DNA from: Vicugna vicugna
Taxonomy: Eukaryota
NCBI GenBank assembly: GCA_013265495.1
Contig: MU058636.1
Span: forward strand, 4,499,741 to 4,563,740
DNA length: 64,000 bases
Direction: 5' to 3'
Both the position numbers and the translations under genes were made by a program. The notes under the pieces were generated by a model. That model did no database searches, had not been told where the DNA came from, and saw nothing but the letters and a program-made list of their open reading frames with translations. Below, piece after piece: positions 51,861 to 64,000 of this stretch; within the stretch, counting starts at the first letter, position 1; every line of letters begins with the position of its first letter.

Positions 51861-54461
51861 TGGTGGTGTAGTTCATGCCAGCTGCTTAAAAAAAAAAGAA
51901 CGCGAGAGAGAAGCAGCTACTTGAGGAGCAGTGTTTTGAAATTACACGTTGAACAGAAGTTGTGGTCTTAAAACGGCGTATTTGTGTTGAAGCTGAAAGG
52001 TGATGGCAGAGTTCTCTCTTGACAGCTCTCGTTTGCTTACTGCAGCACGATAGATAGCACAGAGGCGTTTTTCTGCGGTCGTACATAGCCTCTGTTGAAT
52101 TTGTTTCATGGTGATTCCTAGGATATATATCAACAGTGGTTTTATTTTGTTTTATTTTTCAATAAAATATAAAATTTAGATGAGCAAGTGACCTCGAATC
52201 ATTTCAACATACAAATAGGCCTCTAATGATGCTGCATAGTAGCCCCCTGGCACATGTTGGGATGGTTTGGAGGGTAGCAACTCATCCAAATTGTCTGACC
52301 AGTTTTTGTATATGGAAGTCTCCCAGGAAAACGGAGTAGAATTTTCACAGGAAACCAGTGAATCATGAAGGGTCCCAAGAGAGTGCTTCTTAAGAAATAG
52401 GGTCCAAGGTGATCTCTGTGAGCTGCTTTTTGCTGTATCCATGGCCAGACCTGGTTTGGTCCTGCCTGGCAGACAGGTTATACCAGGTGTCTCGCTTTCC
52501 TTTCTGCCTCCTAGGGAGCGCTCTCGTGAGCTTTTCAGTCCTATGTGTCCTTGCATAGATCGTTCTAGGAGGAAATTTCTAGTCTTAAGTAACTTGATGA
52601 TGACGTTTTTCTGTGTTTTTATGCCAGTTCAAACTCTATCCCACTAGGCTAGTTGAATCAGATTCTCCCAGTGTCTCCTCCCTGCCCGTACGTGAGGACG
52701 CTTCTGGAGGTTGTTTTAACTTTTGTGGGCTGCCAAGGCATGACAGTAACTACTTGAGAATGCTGCAGAGGGCTGAAATAACAGTAAGGACTGGGAGGCG
52801 GCATGTCGTCACATACAAAGGGAGGGCAGACGTGCACCTGCTTTGTCGTAATAAAGCAACACCATAAACTTACACCTATGCTGTCTTGTGCAGTCAGTTC
52901 TCTGAAGATTGCAAAATAAGGAACTGAAAATCATATTGATAGATCCACTACATATCGTATTTCAAGAGGACATGTTAGCAATGTGAACAAGCTCCTAAAA
53001 AGCTACTTAAGAATGAGGATTATTTAAGTAGATGAATCTGTAGCAATACAGTTGAGACAGAAATAATACTTCCAACTGAGAAAGTTATACAGTAACAAAA
53101 CTCCATTCATAGAGATACATATTTAAGTATTTCCACCCTTTTCCAATCTGAGAGCTCAGAATTATTACATCCCAGGATGGAATTAGGTGAGGAAAAGAAC
53201 TGTTTCCCTTGTATTTGTTTAAGGGAGGCTTTGTGGTACAAGTAGGATTTGTAAAAGGTCTTTGAAAGAGAAGATATGTTGGCAGGATTGGGAGGAAAAA
53301 GGCATGTCAAGCAAAAAGTGTGTGGCTGGAGTGGAAGAAGCAAAGGAAGGGAGTGGTGAGGTGGCTGGCAGGAGCGGCTGAAGGGAATTCTAGAACCACC
53401 TCCCAGAATGAAATAGAAATCCACCAAAAATCCAGTTACACATTTGCCAATTGAGCTTTCTGCTTAAACAGGATCCCAGTTTCCCCAGCGCTCAGAGTAC
53501 TTCTGAGGTTTCAGATGGGGATTAACTCGCCGAGACCACAAAAGTGAGCACACAAGAAAGTGATTCTGCTGGGGGGACCCTGTGACTCAAGGTTGTGATG
53601 TGCCTGTATCGCTCATGCAAGTCTGGAGGAGGAATTCACATTTTGTCAGACAATCTTAGCAGCTGTTTTTCCCACACAGACGTGACTTAAAAATGAAAGC
53701 TTTAAACAGATTAATAAATATCCATTGAGAACCCACTGTGTGCAAAACACTGCTCGAGGAGCCAGGTGAATTGTAAAGAAGGGTGTGGTACTTGCCCCAG
53801 ATCGGCAGGCAGGGTGGAGATCCACGATATTTAGTAAGAGTGACAAAGGCAATACGAGGCTGTCACAAATCAGTGAATGCTCAACTGTCCTGTGGTGATA
53901 GAGTTAGATAGTGTTAAAGGAGTGTTAAGATGCTTAAAAATCTGTTTCCTCATCAGTTATGTTTTTGGTTTTACATGAATTGGGTGCCATGTGGAAGCAT
54001 TTAATATCTCATATTTTTTCTGGTATTTTTGCATCTCAGCTTCTAGGAGGCAATCTGGTAAGGCAGGAAGGGTACAGACTTCTGAGCCAGGAGAGCTGTA
54101 TTTGAGTCCTTTTTTCTGGCATTAGTTGGGTATGTGATCTTGGACAAGTTCCTTTAATTTTCTCAGCTGTGGAGCAGGGACAAAAGTAACTTACCTCTCA
54201 GGCTTGAAAGCAAGCCCCCCTGAAACTGAGTTCCTAGTCTTACGCAGCCTGAGAGTTTTTAAAGTGTTGAATGGATGTTTACTTGTTGAATCAATAAATC
54301 AATATTTATCACCTATTTGTGAACATTTATGACTACAGGTATTTACTAATTCATAAATATGCAACACTGTGACTTTTCTTAATGACTTTCCATGTTTAAT
54401 CACAAAAATTATTTCCCCTAAGTCTAAGTTTTATAAAGCAGAAATTGGTCTAAACTAGAGA

Positions 54462-54955
54462 ACAGCATGCATAGTAGAAATATCATGCAAGACCCTTATA
54501 CACTAAGTTTTTCTAGTAGCCACATTAAAGAGAGATTAAAAATATCTGAAATTAATTGTAATAAAGTATTTTACCTAGTTCAGTATTTCTAGAATATTAT
54601 CCTTTTGACATGTAATCAGCATAGAAGTTATTTAATGAGATATTTTACATTCTCTTTTGGAGGGAATAATTCTTCAAAATCCATTTATGTGTGTGTATTT
54701 TGCACCACCAGCACATCTAAATTTGAATACCAAATTGGTCAAAACTACTTGATCTTTATTTTGATTTTATATAATTTATAGTTTAAAAAAAGTGGTTTTC
54801 ACCTATGCAAATTGTTACAAGTTCCAATAGCTGAATCAATCATCAGTTTTTAAATTTTGATTTAAATTAATTACAGTTAAAATTCAGTAACTTAGTTGCA
54901 CCAGCTCCATTTCAAGCACTTAATAGCTGTATGTGGCTGGTATTGAGCAGCACAG
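54462..54955 (+). mobile_element. Charlie1/MER33-related DNA transposon remnant
   Basis: TTTTCTAGTAGCCACATTAAA, AATGAGATATTTTACATTC and CATTTCAAGCACTTAATAGCTGTATGTGGCT. Confidence 0.75.
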
Positions 54956-57900
54956 GTAAAATTATCTTAATTATTTTTCAGTAGGTGCCCAGACTTTTAG
55001 GCAGCAGAATCATTTCATAATAAAAAATAAAGACAATCTAAACCTGGATTTCATTTTGGAAGTTGCCTTACACTGACAATGTTTAGTGGTAACTTCTGAC
55101 ACTCAGCTTGTTCTGCCTGCTAGATTTATGAGGTCTCCTTTGAATGAAGCTCTCTAGAGCTAATTAGCCTAAGGAATGTTTACTTACTTCTAAAATGCTG
55201 CAGAAAGCTTGCTGATTTTTCATAGTATGCTTCCGAGTCCATCATCTTTGTAGGTGAAGGGTCTCTGGGTCTCGAACTGCACGACTTGCCTGAGGCCCTA
55301 TGGCTCCTTGTGTGGCAGAGGCAGCCATTAAACGTCGACTTACATGAGGGTCCTGGCTGTCCTGCCGTGGGGACTTATTTAGGTACAAGTGGATCCCTGT
55401 TTCCCTGAATTGGACACTTAATGCCTTACCCGAAGGAGGACCCTTTCTCAGGCCATATTTTTTGAGTCTCAAAAGTACCATTAACCCCAGATCCAAGGTG
55501 GATCATGGAGACCACATTGTAACCAAGTTGTCTCAAAGAGTCCTTGTGCAGAGCAGAGCTGTGGATGTGAAGGTGGTGGAGGAGGAGGCTTCCTTAGGAA
55601 TGAACAGCTATGTGGCACAGTGCCTTCCTCCTGCTCCTTCATTGACTTGTAAGGGCAAAATGTAACTTGCCAGAAAAACACGCATTCTAGTCCCCATGTA
55701 GTGGTTCTCTTCCCTGTGTACGCTTCTGTGTGTAAGTTTCTCTTTGGGAAATGACTTTTTTTTTTTTTGCTGGTATAGAAAACCAGTAAAGATGAGTTCC
55801 ATTGGGTGGAAATGGATATGGGACACTTAGCTGAAAAAGTTTCCTTAACATTCAGGGTAACTGGTTCTTAGACAATGGTTCCTATATGCTTTCTTAATGA
55901 ATGGTCAAGAAGGATATGAGATTTCCTGAGCTCCTGGCATTAACTGTTTCCTCAGAATTTACATATTTTATAGAAAAGGATTATGTTTTCAAGGTCAGTC
56001 AAAATTTCAATTTCAAAAATCTTGGTTTAAGTGATCCTGTCTTAGATGAAAGCAGTTGTTTATTTTCATTTTAACTGTGCCTACTTGTGCTTCCATTGTC
56101 AAGTTTTAAGTATTTAGATGTTTTGGATGAAAATATAAAAATCTTTCAGAAGTTCCCACCCTTTACTATGGATGCAGTGTCATCTTGAACACGCCCCCTC
56201 TTTTGTTCTGGGCAGCTATTCGGAAATGTCCCCAAGGACTATTTAGTGTTTCCAGGAGGTTTACTCGAAACTAAATGGCATTGCCCTGTCTTTGTTGGCA
56301 TTGTCATTAATTGTGTGAATGCTTTTTAGAATCTTTGCATCTATCAAGTGATCATTTGTTACATCTTGCCTTTTTTCTGCATCCAGTTTGCCAAGAGTTT
56401 AAGAACTGAATAAGTAAACCTGCTTGAATTCTGTGTAAATAAAAGTTAGACTTGGAGTGAGAACTTGCATTAGTCTCTGTATAAAGTACTTGGGTTTTGT
56501 GACATTTCTTTGGGCAAAGAACCTATGAGACTGTTTTAAAGTAAGAAACAAATTAAGGACAACATAAGTAAACCCCGTTTTTTGGGTTTTGGTTTTTGTT
56601 TGTTTCCTTCCTGATTCTTCATTATGTTTAGAGTTGTAAGTATGAGGTTATAAGCTTGACAGCTCTGTTCAAGATGGTAACGATTTTTAACTCTCCTATG
56701 CATTCCCATGCCTAGGGAGACAGTTTACAAGATTCTCAATTATCATTTATTATTAAATATTCCCAGAGGCCACCAGTAGCCTCCAAGCCTGGCCACACAT
56801 CAGACTTACTTAGGGAGCCTTTAAAAAAGATTCCAGCCTCACCAGAAGTTTGTGAAAGTTGTACTGGAATTTGTACTTTTTATAGAGCTCCCCAGCTTTG
56901 GGTAAACTCTAGGCTTTTGTCAGGCCCCTTGCCCCAGAATGAATGAGATAAACTCAAGAAATGGGATCAGAGCAGTGCTCCTCCAATATCCTGTAATTAA
57001 AAGCCTCTAGGCTAGGGACAGATCCAGTTGGAGGTTGCATTTATAGTGGTGGAACTGGGAGTGTTTCTAAGCTGATTAATCATCAGAGAAACGTTTTTGG
57101 AGAAAAAGCATTCAGAGTATTCCAACCCATGTCTTTTATTAGCTTCTTATTAGCATAGAGTCCCTTCTGATTTTCCTCTCCAAGGCTGGGCTCAAGTGCA
57201 CCAGGTAATTTACAAGAAAATGGCTGAGGCATAGAGGTTTCAAGAGGGCCTCTGTGTAGGTCAGACAGTCTGTACATAGTAAGTATTGCACACCTGTTGG
57301 TAGAACACTGCTTTCACAGTGGCTGGCTTCCAGAGCACCCTGTGCCAAAACAAACCAGGATTGTCCTAGAGGCCTTCCTGGTAAACATTTTTGGGTTGCA
57401 TTTGTTTGTTGCATATGTCTTTAGGTAATGACATTCTTGGCAATTGCTACCTACAACTGGAAGGCTGTTTGATAGCCGCTACTTCCAAGCATCATGCCAC
57501 AATGTCTTTTATAGGTTCTCTGCCCTTATAGTTTCCACGGGGAAGGGGCAGGACTGCAGGTGACATTTGCTTATGTTGTACTTAATGTGGTTCCTATCCT
57601 AGGACCACCTCAAATCTGAAAGATTTGTTAATACAAGTGAATGAATATATTCTGTACTATGTTGTATCGTGGAAAAATAGTGAAAAGTTGTAATCCTCTT
57701 AGCACTGGTATCTGTGGTTAACTGCTGTATTTCTGTGGCAATATTTTAACACTTGTATTCACTAAATTTCTAGGAAGACTAATGTGCGTGTGATTATGCA
57801 AATAAAAGATAACATTTGATTACTGAAATATTTCATTAAATATGTCATATACTGGTTCTAAAGCCTCAGTGAGAAGTGTTGGGTTTTTAAGACCAATGAT

Positions 57901-59089
57901 AGGGGAAAAAAAGAATCATTATCAGCTTGAGTTTCTTATCACTTTAGGGTTTTGACTGATATAGGTAATGTTAAACATAATTATTTTGTTCTTTAAAATT
58001 TTTTTAATTAAAAACTTTTTTCTTTTTTCTTTCTTCTTGAAAAGAAAAAAAATGATCATTTTAAATGCTGATCTTTTCTTCAAGCTGGAAAAATTTCTTG
58101 AGTTGGTGTCTGTAGGATATTTCTTGCTTCCCATAGTGTAACAGAGCAGACTGACTGCACAGTAAGGAAGGTGCATAAAGCTAGTAGGCTACATTTAATC
58201 AGAGCGGTTATGTGATCCAACCTTCATGCCAGTGAAGTAGTGTGAAGTAGTATCAATCAGTCAGGAACCTAAGAACAGTCTTTCTTAAAGCAATGAGGTT
58301 GACTAGACACACTCAGGAATGTCCTTGCAACCTGTAAGCTTGTGAAGGTGGAAGCAACCGGTTTGGACTTTCACTTACGCTTAAAAATATTTGCAGTCAT
58401 GCCAGCAGGCCCCAACAGAAACAGAAGGGAAATTTTCATGAATATTAGATTAATTGTTAAAGCAATAAAAAGCATCAACTTTAAAGTCATCGTTCAATTA
58501 ATATTTGAGGGTTATTATGGAACTATCAGTTAAACATGCCAGGGATCCAGCCTGTTTTTTTATTAAATTTAGATTACATTGATGTAGTTGAAAATGCATG
58601 CCATTTCTTTAGCATCATTGGGGAACAAATGATCTCTGAGTAAATTTCTCCCAGTCATGAAGCTTAACCCTTAAAGTATCAAAACATTTCCATTTAATAA
58701 TGGAGATGGGTCAGGTAAGGTGGGAACTCTTAGTATCAAAGACTCTGAGCTTTAATGGGTGGACTTTGAGCCATCTGTTTTGACTCTAAAAGACCTCTTC
58801 TATTGTTCATTAATTCAACTTTACTAAGCATCCAGAGATGAGAACAGTGTGGTTCATGCCCTTAGGATGCTCCCCAAACCAGCAAGGGCCAGGCTACCAT
58901 AGAAGGATGAATAGACCCTGGAGGACATCAAAGGAGACTACACTCTTTGGAATTCAAAGGGGTTTTGGACATGTGAAAAAGTAGATGATTTGGGGACTAC
59001 TCCTAAATGTATACAAAAACAAATACTCCAGGGTTACCATTGTTTAGAAGTTCTAACTCATAGTAAGGAAAATACTCGCATACAAATTA

Positions 59090-59290
59090 ATCAGTGTAGT
59101 GACTCTGGAGTCTGACAACTCTGTGTTTGAATGACCTCGGGCAATCTTAATTTTAATCCTTTCTATCGATTCTAAAATGGTGTCGGTAATGCCTGCCTTA
59201 TAAGGTTGCTGTGAGGACTGAACGAAATAATTTATGAAAAGCGCCTGGCAGAGTACCTGAATCTAGGTCCACGTCTCACTAATGTTAGTT
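59090..59290 (+). mobile_element. MIR SINE
   Basis: GACTCTGGAGTCTGAC...AGGTTGCTGTGAGGACTGAACGA...AAAGCGCCTGGCAGAGTACCTG. Confidence 0.7.
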
Positions 59291-62064
59291 CCTTTTTCTG
59301 CTTCTTTCTCCCCGGCATTTCCCAAATGTTGTCTGATAATTGATATCTGTAAAAAAGAGTGCAAAAACAAAATGATAAATACTTTTTTTCTTATTTCTAT
59401 GAGGCTCTTTTAAGAAATGCTCTTAATGGAATGACAGTCACATCATTTGAAAGGTTGGTCTAATAATAGCACCAGAGACTCGAAGCTGACAAAGTGTAAA
59501 TTTGCAGTCGAGTCTTGATTACAGTTTAGATCCAGAAGGAGGAGAATTGAAGAATTCTTATTCCTCAAAACACATCCCTCCCTAGGCACACTATTGGGTT
59601 ATAACTGTTTTGACCCCTTTTAGTAAAACATAAACCAAATGCCACATATGCACCTCAGTCAACTCTTAAAAAAAAAAAAGGCATTTATAATCCCTGAATG
59701 TGCAAGACATCCATGGGGACATCTTGCCTGAAACGCTCAGGGTGTTCATTGTGGTAATCTGGACATTTTTCTCCTTCCTGTGAAATGCTGTAGTTCATCA
59801 GTCAGTTCCCCACACTGCTGTTTTGTAATTCCAACCTATATTGCTGGAGAAAACCTTCAGTTACCCCGAATAAGTCAAGAATAGAAAACGCCTTGGGTTT
59901 GTGCTCTTCACAGCTGTGTTAGTGAAGAAATAGATTTTCACTGACCCTCGTAAGATTCTTCTGTCAGGAATAATGCCCACTGGAAAATCAGTTGGTTACA
60001 CTTCCCGTTTTATTTTTAAGTAACTTTGCGTTTTCCTTCTGTCTCCTCACTGGCCTGGACCTGTTTTCTTTTTAAGGTGGAGCCCTTAATAGTCTCCAGT
60101 ATTGGCTTCTTCTTGGTCTTAGAAATTAAATTTTCAACAAGTCGATTTAGGCTGTGTATTTTAAACAGTATAGCTCTACATTTAAGCCCAATCACTTTGC
60201 TTTACTGGTTATGTGAACAGATGTTCCGTGTTCCGTTTTCCGTGAGGGTGTATAGTTTCTCACTGACTCTTGGCTTCAGATAGGGATTCTCGGCTGTGGG
60301 TTTTGTCTGTAAGAACTTAAGCTGTTTAAAGCTGTTTGTACTTGGGGCTAAGAGCGCCTAGTTCCCAAAGCAACGGTTCATCGCCCACCTTGTGTTCTCT
60401 TTGCTCTTGCCTCTCTTTGGCCACGGGGACCCAGCTGTGACCCGGCGGGTCGGATCTGTGGGTCGCGTGTGGACTCGGTAGGCGTGGACTGTTTGTGCGA
60501 GCTGTGGGGTCAGGCTCATGTTCCTGGAGTGCTAATCTGTCCGCATAGTGTGTTCTTGTGGTTAAATATAGACACACGGGCTCTCTGCGACTTGTAGGTC
60601 ACTGTCTTACTGTGCAGCTAAAAATTGTCCCACTGGTATGGTCGGCCTGCCCCGGACGGAAGGCCTGTTTTAGTTTGTCTTCTACTGTAGGTCTTTAGCA
60701 CCTGGCTAAAAATACACCTTGGGCCAGAAATAAAAAAGAGCCCTACCTTGTGGCCGAGACACTTGATGGTGGCAGAGAGCCGCGGGATCATGGAGTCCAG
60801 CATTCTGTTCTGCTTTGGAACCTAGTCTGTGTAACCGTCCCAGACTGGGAGTGTGGGTTCCTTTTCAGGCCCATGGAGATTACAGCAGCTTGTTGGAGAC
60901 GGTCCTGTGTGATCAGCTTCATAAAAGGGCTGGGTAGGTATGAAGACTGTTAATTGTGCGGAGTGGGGAGTGGGTTATTAGACGCCGGGTGGACGGGGAT
61001 TCTCCTTAGGGTTTCCGTGGACGGGGGTGGGAGGAGCAGCTGCGTCTCCAGGCAGGGGATGGCTTATACTGTCACTGTTGAGACACAGGAGTAACGCCCT
61101 GTAGGCTTTCTGCTCAGGACTGCGATATTTCCGAGGTTAAGAGCTGGTTATTTTTGTTGATGAGTCTGTGGAATGTTGCTCTGCACTGAGGTTTCAGTGA
61201 AAGAGTCGATGTGACTATCTGCTTTATAAAATTGCTCCTCTGTAAAAGTTGCTACCACGTATTTGGAGAACAGTTAATACCATTGCATTTGCTGTTACAG
61301 CAGAGGTAGGGTTTGTGCTTGATTTCTTCTAAATATTGATGTAAGTGTCCTTATTTGTTTTGTTTTAAACACTGAAATAGGCCTAAAGCAGATTTCCCTT
61401 TGCTTTTGGCCTAGCCTTCTCCAACGTTTAAAAAATAAAATATTTCTCTTTTTTTGTTTATGAACTAAAAAACAGGATACCATATGTTAACCAACGTTAA
61501 ATGGGTCCAAATTGCATGCCGCTGCTTTTTCTTTATCCAAGTAATAGCCTGATTACTTTAGTTCTCGCATAACCTTGTAAGCAGTATTGTACAAGAGTTC
61601 CGAAAAATAAATGAGAGGAAACTTCCATGACACAGAGTTAATTACATGCATCCTGGCTATCGACTGTTTAGCTTTCTATTTAATGAAGGTAGAGGAAACG
61701 TTAATTTGTAATTCGTAAAGGCACAACATATTACTCTAATAGAGGAGAAACATTTTGTTTATTAATGGTTTGGGAGATTTAATTATTTGTTAATTATTCT
61801 ACTGTACTGTCTCTAATGAATCTATTAGGTATTTACATATAATACCATTCCGTTTCTAGGAATAAAATCTCTATTAGTCATTAATTTACCTCTTACTTTT
61901 TGGTTTATAAAATGGGATATGTATTAGGGAACTTTTTTTACTCAAGAGTTTTTTTTTGTTTTTTTTTTTTTAATGTATTATGAGCATACTAGTTAAAAGA
62001 CAAAACTTACCGTTTTATGCACTTGGAAAAAATGTTGCATCATAATAGGACTTATGTGAAATTC

Positions 62065-62215
62065 CTTTTTTTAAACTTTTTTATTGAGTTATAGTCATTT
62101 TACAATATTGTATAAAATTCCACTATAGAGCACAATTTTTCACTTGTACATCAACATGCCTATATTCATTGTCACATTTTTTTTCCACTATAGGATACCA
62201 CAAGATCTTGTATAT
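62065..62215 (-). mobile_element. Short L1 3' end, same family as the 45.4 kb element
   Basis: Directly similar to 45400-45550 (TTTTATTGAGTTATAGTCATTTTACAAT...CACAAGATCTTGTATAT). Confidence 0.9.
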
Positions 62216-63724
62216 CTTAATTTTTTTTGTTTTATATCTCTTAGAAGTGTTACTGACCCTTACTGTGTTTCAGCTGAATAGACCACTCCCACGGTCTGGT
62301 AGCTGCCCCGGCTTCCCTTTAACTCGTTGCCTTTTTTGCTCACAATATGTTTCTGTGAATTGGTAGACTCATCATTGCTTTAGATGATAAACTTCTGATA
62401 AGCACATATCAAGTGAATTTTACAGAGTCATTGTACAGGTTCATAACTATTTGAAATTTAATAAAACCTAAATTTTTTTTTATTAAATGAGCTGGCATCC
62501 AAATAAATAAGTACATATGAACCAGGAATTTAATAAATAGTTTGATCTTGACAAAAATCAGAAACTAATCAGACTATAAAGGATTTCACTTAGTCAGTTC
62601 ATCAACAGATATTTCTAGTTTCTGTTGTGTCCCCTGCATTGGAAGTCCTTCCCTCCCCATACAGTTCGCACACATGCATATGCATAGCTTCTATATTATA
62701 TATGTTTATTATTGTATACAGATGTCTATGTATATATTTTATAGTAGAATTCATCTTGTAAGGCATATTGTGCTGGTGTATATGTATATTATTTCATGAT
62801 ATAATACATACTGTATTAACAAAGGCATATGTCAGATTAGACTCTTTTTCAAGTCACTCCTTCCATTGATGTTGTCTGCAGGGGGATCCTAGAGGGGAAC
62901 AGCTAAAACTTTGATTTGTGACCTTTAACGTCAATATAGGGCAGCATCTGGTACTGCTCTGGTGGCCCTCCCTGTGCATCCAGGCGACCTATCTTTGCTG
63001 GCCCTTCCAGTTCGGTGCCTGTGTAACGCACCCACTATTGCAGCTGCCAGAACTTCTGTTCTCTTACCCTTGCTTCTGGCTTAAATATGGTTCTAATAAA
63101 ATAGCTCAAGAGGCTGGGTTTGTCGTTTTGGGTGGGCCTGAGTCTCACGCTCAGACAACAGCCTACAAACGACTGCTGTTCCCACAGCCTCCAGCACTTC
63201 CCTGCCCACAACCCACAGTGAGAAACACGTCTTGCATTGTGACCCAGCCCGTGAGTGCACGCACAAGCACACGCACACACAGACACATCTCTGTCGGCAC
63301 AGAGACTGGAAACAAAACTTTCATGAAGCAGCGCTTCCCCCGCTGTGCCGGCAGCCATCGCACTGCTGTTTTCACCTCGATGGTTTTGTTTTGTTTCATC
63401 GCAGGCATCATGGTAGGCACCCACTCAGTTGGTTTCATGATCGAGTAACGGGTCACATCCTGCACTTCGACAAGCTCTGCTGTAAAGATTTCCTAAGCCA
63501 GGTGTTCTCAACACACCATTAGTCAAGTTCCGTCCTGAAATGATGCGCTGTCGTCCTTGATATAATATTCCGCTCCTGGGCATTTCGGTGCTTTGTCTGT
63601 CAGTGTCCTGCTTGGCTGCAGGAAGAGCTCTCTCAGTAGACCTGATGTCAGTCTTAGGTTGAGTGTAGAGTTTCTAAGCCGGAGACAGTTCATGCCCCCA
63701 ATGTATCTTAATGCTTTCTTCATC

Positions 63725-64000
63725 CTTAATGTAGCAAATAGTTATTGAGTCGTGGGTATTAAGCTAGAAAGTGAGGGTATACGAGGAATTAAACAAATTT
63801 GTTGCCCTTGTTGCAGACAGAAAACAAATACAAAATATGCCCTCACACATCAAGGTGGCCAGTGTTCCTCAGGAGGGGAAAGCCAGTGAAGGGGGTGGAG
63901 GCTCTGGGCAGAGGGAGGTGCCAAAGAGCGTCTGGACAGAGAGCCTCTAATAAAACCAGAAGGAAGTGACCTAGTGAGCCCCCATGCAGTGTCCTCTTTC
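63725..64000 (-). mobile_element. L2 fragment
   Basis: CAAATAGTTATTGAG start and a purine-rich body. Confidence 0.5.

Noticed and set aside
62918..63522. Overlapping ORFs of 61-176 aa on both strands
   Set aside because: No similarity to FRY exon 2 or any protein I recognise, and partly built from CA-rich sequence.

Overview
This is mammalian genomic DNA with no prokaryotic features (no operons, CRISPR arrays or rRNA). A tRNA-Ala-derived SINE of the camelid Vic-1 type, together with artiodactyl-type L1 3' ends, suggests a camelid; that is an inference. The only recognisable gene is FRY (furry homolog). A CpG island at about 31.7-32.5 kb contains its first coding exon (ATG at 32444, [23 protein letters not shown], donor GTGAGT at 32514). 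Intron 1 then runs more than 31 kb, and I did not find exon 2 in the window. The upstream 31 kb looks intergenic. Both halves carry old repeats (MIR, L2, MaLR LTRs, hAT-Charlie, L1M) and younger L1 pieces, including a 2.4 kb 5'-truncated L1 with a broken ORF2. Nearly all ORF-track entries look spurious or L1-derived. I found no convincing new biological system. The most interesting observations are a SINE that seems to carry a 3'-transduced MaLR LTR piece inside one target-site duplication (TSD), a tail-less internal L1 fragment with a 17-bp TSD, a uORF-rich FRY leader with an out-of-frame uORF overlapping the start codon, an L1 RT with YADD instead of FADD, and several candidate regulatory sites. 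Repeat boundaries are by eye and approximate unless TSDs are given. Family names come from remembered consensus sequences, not from a search.
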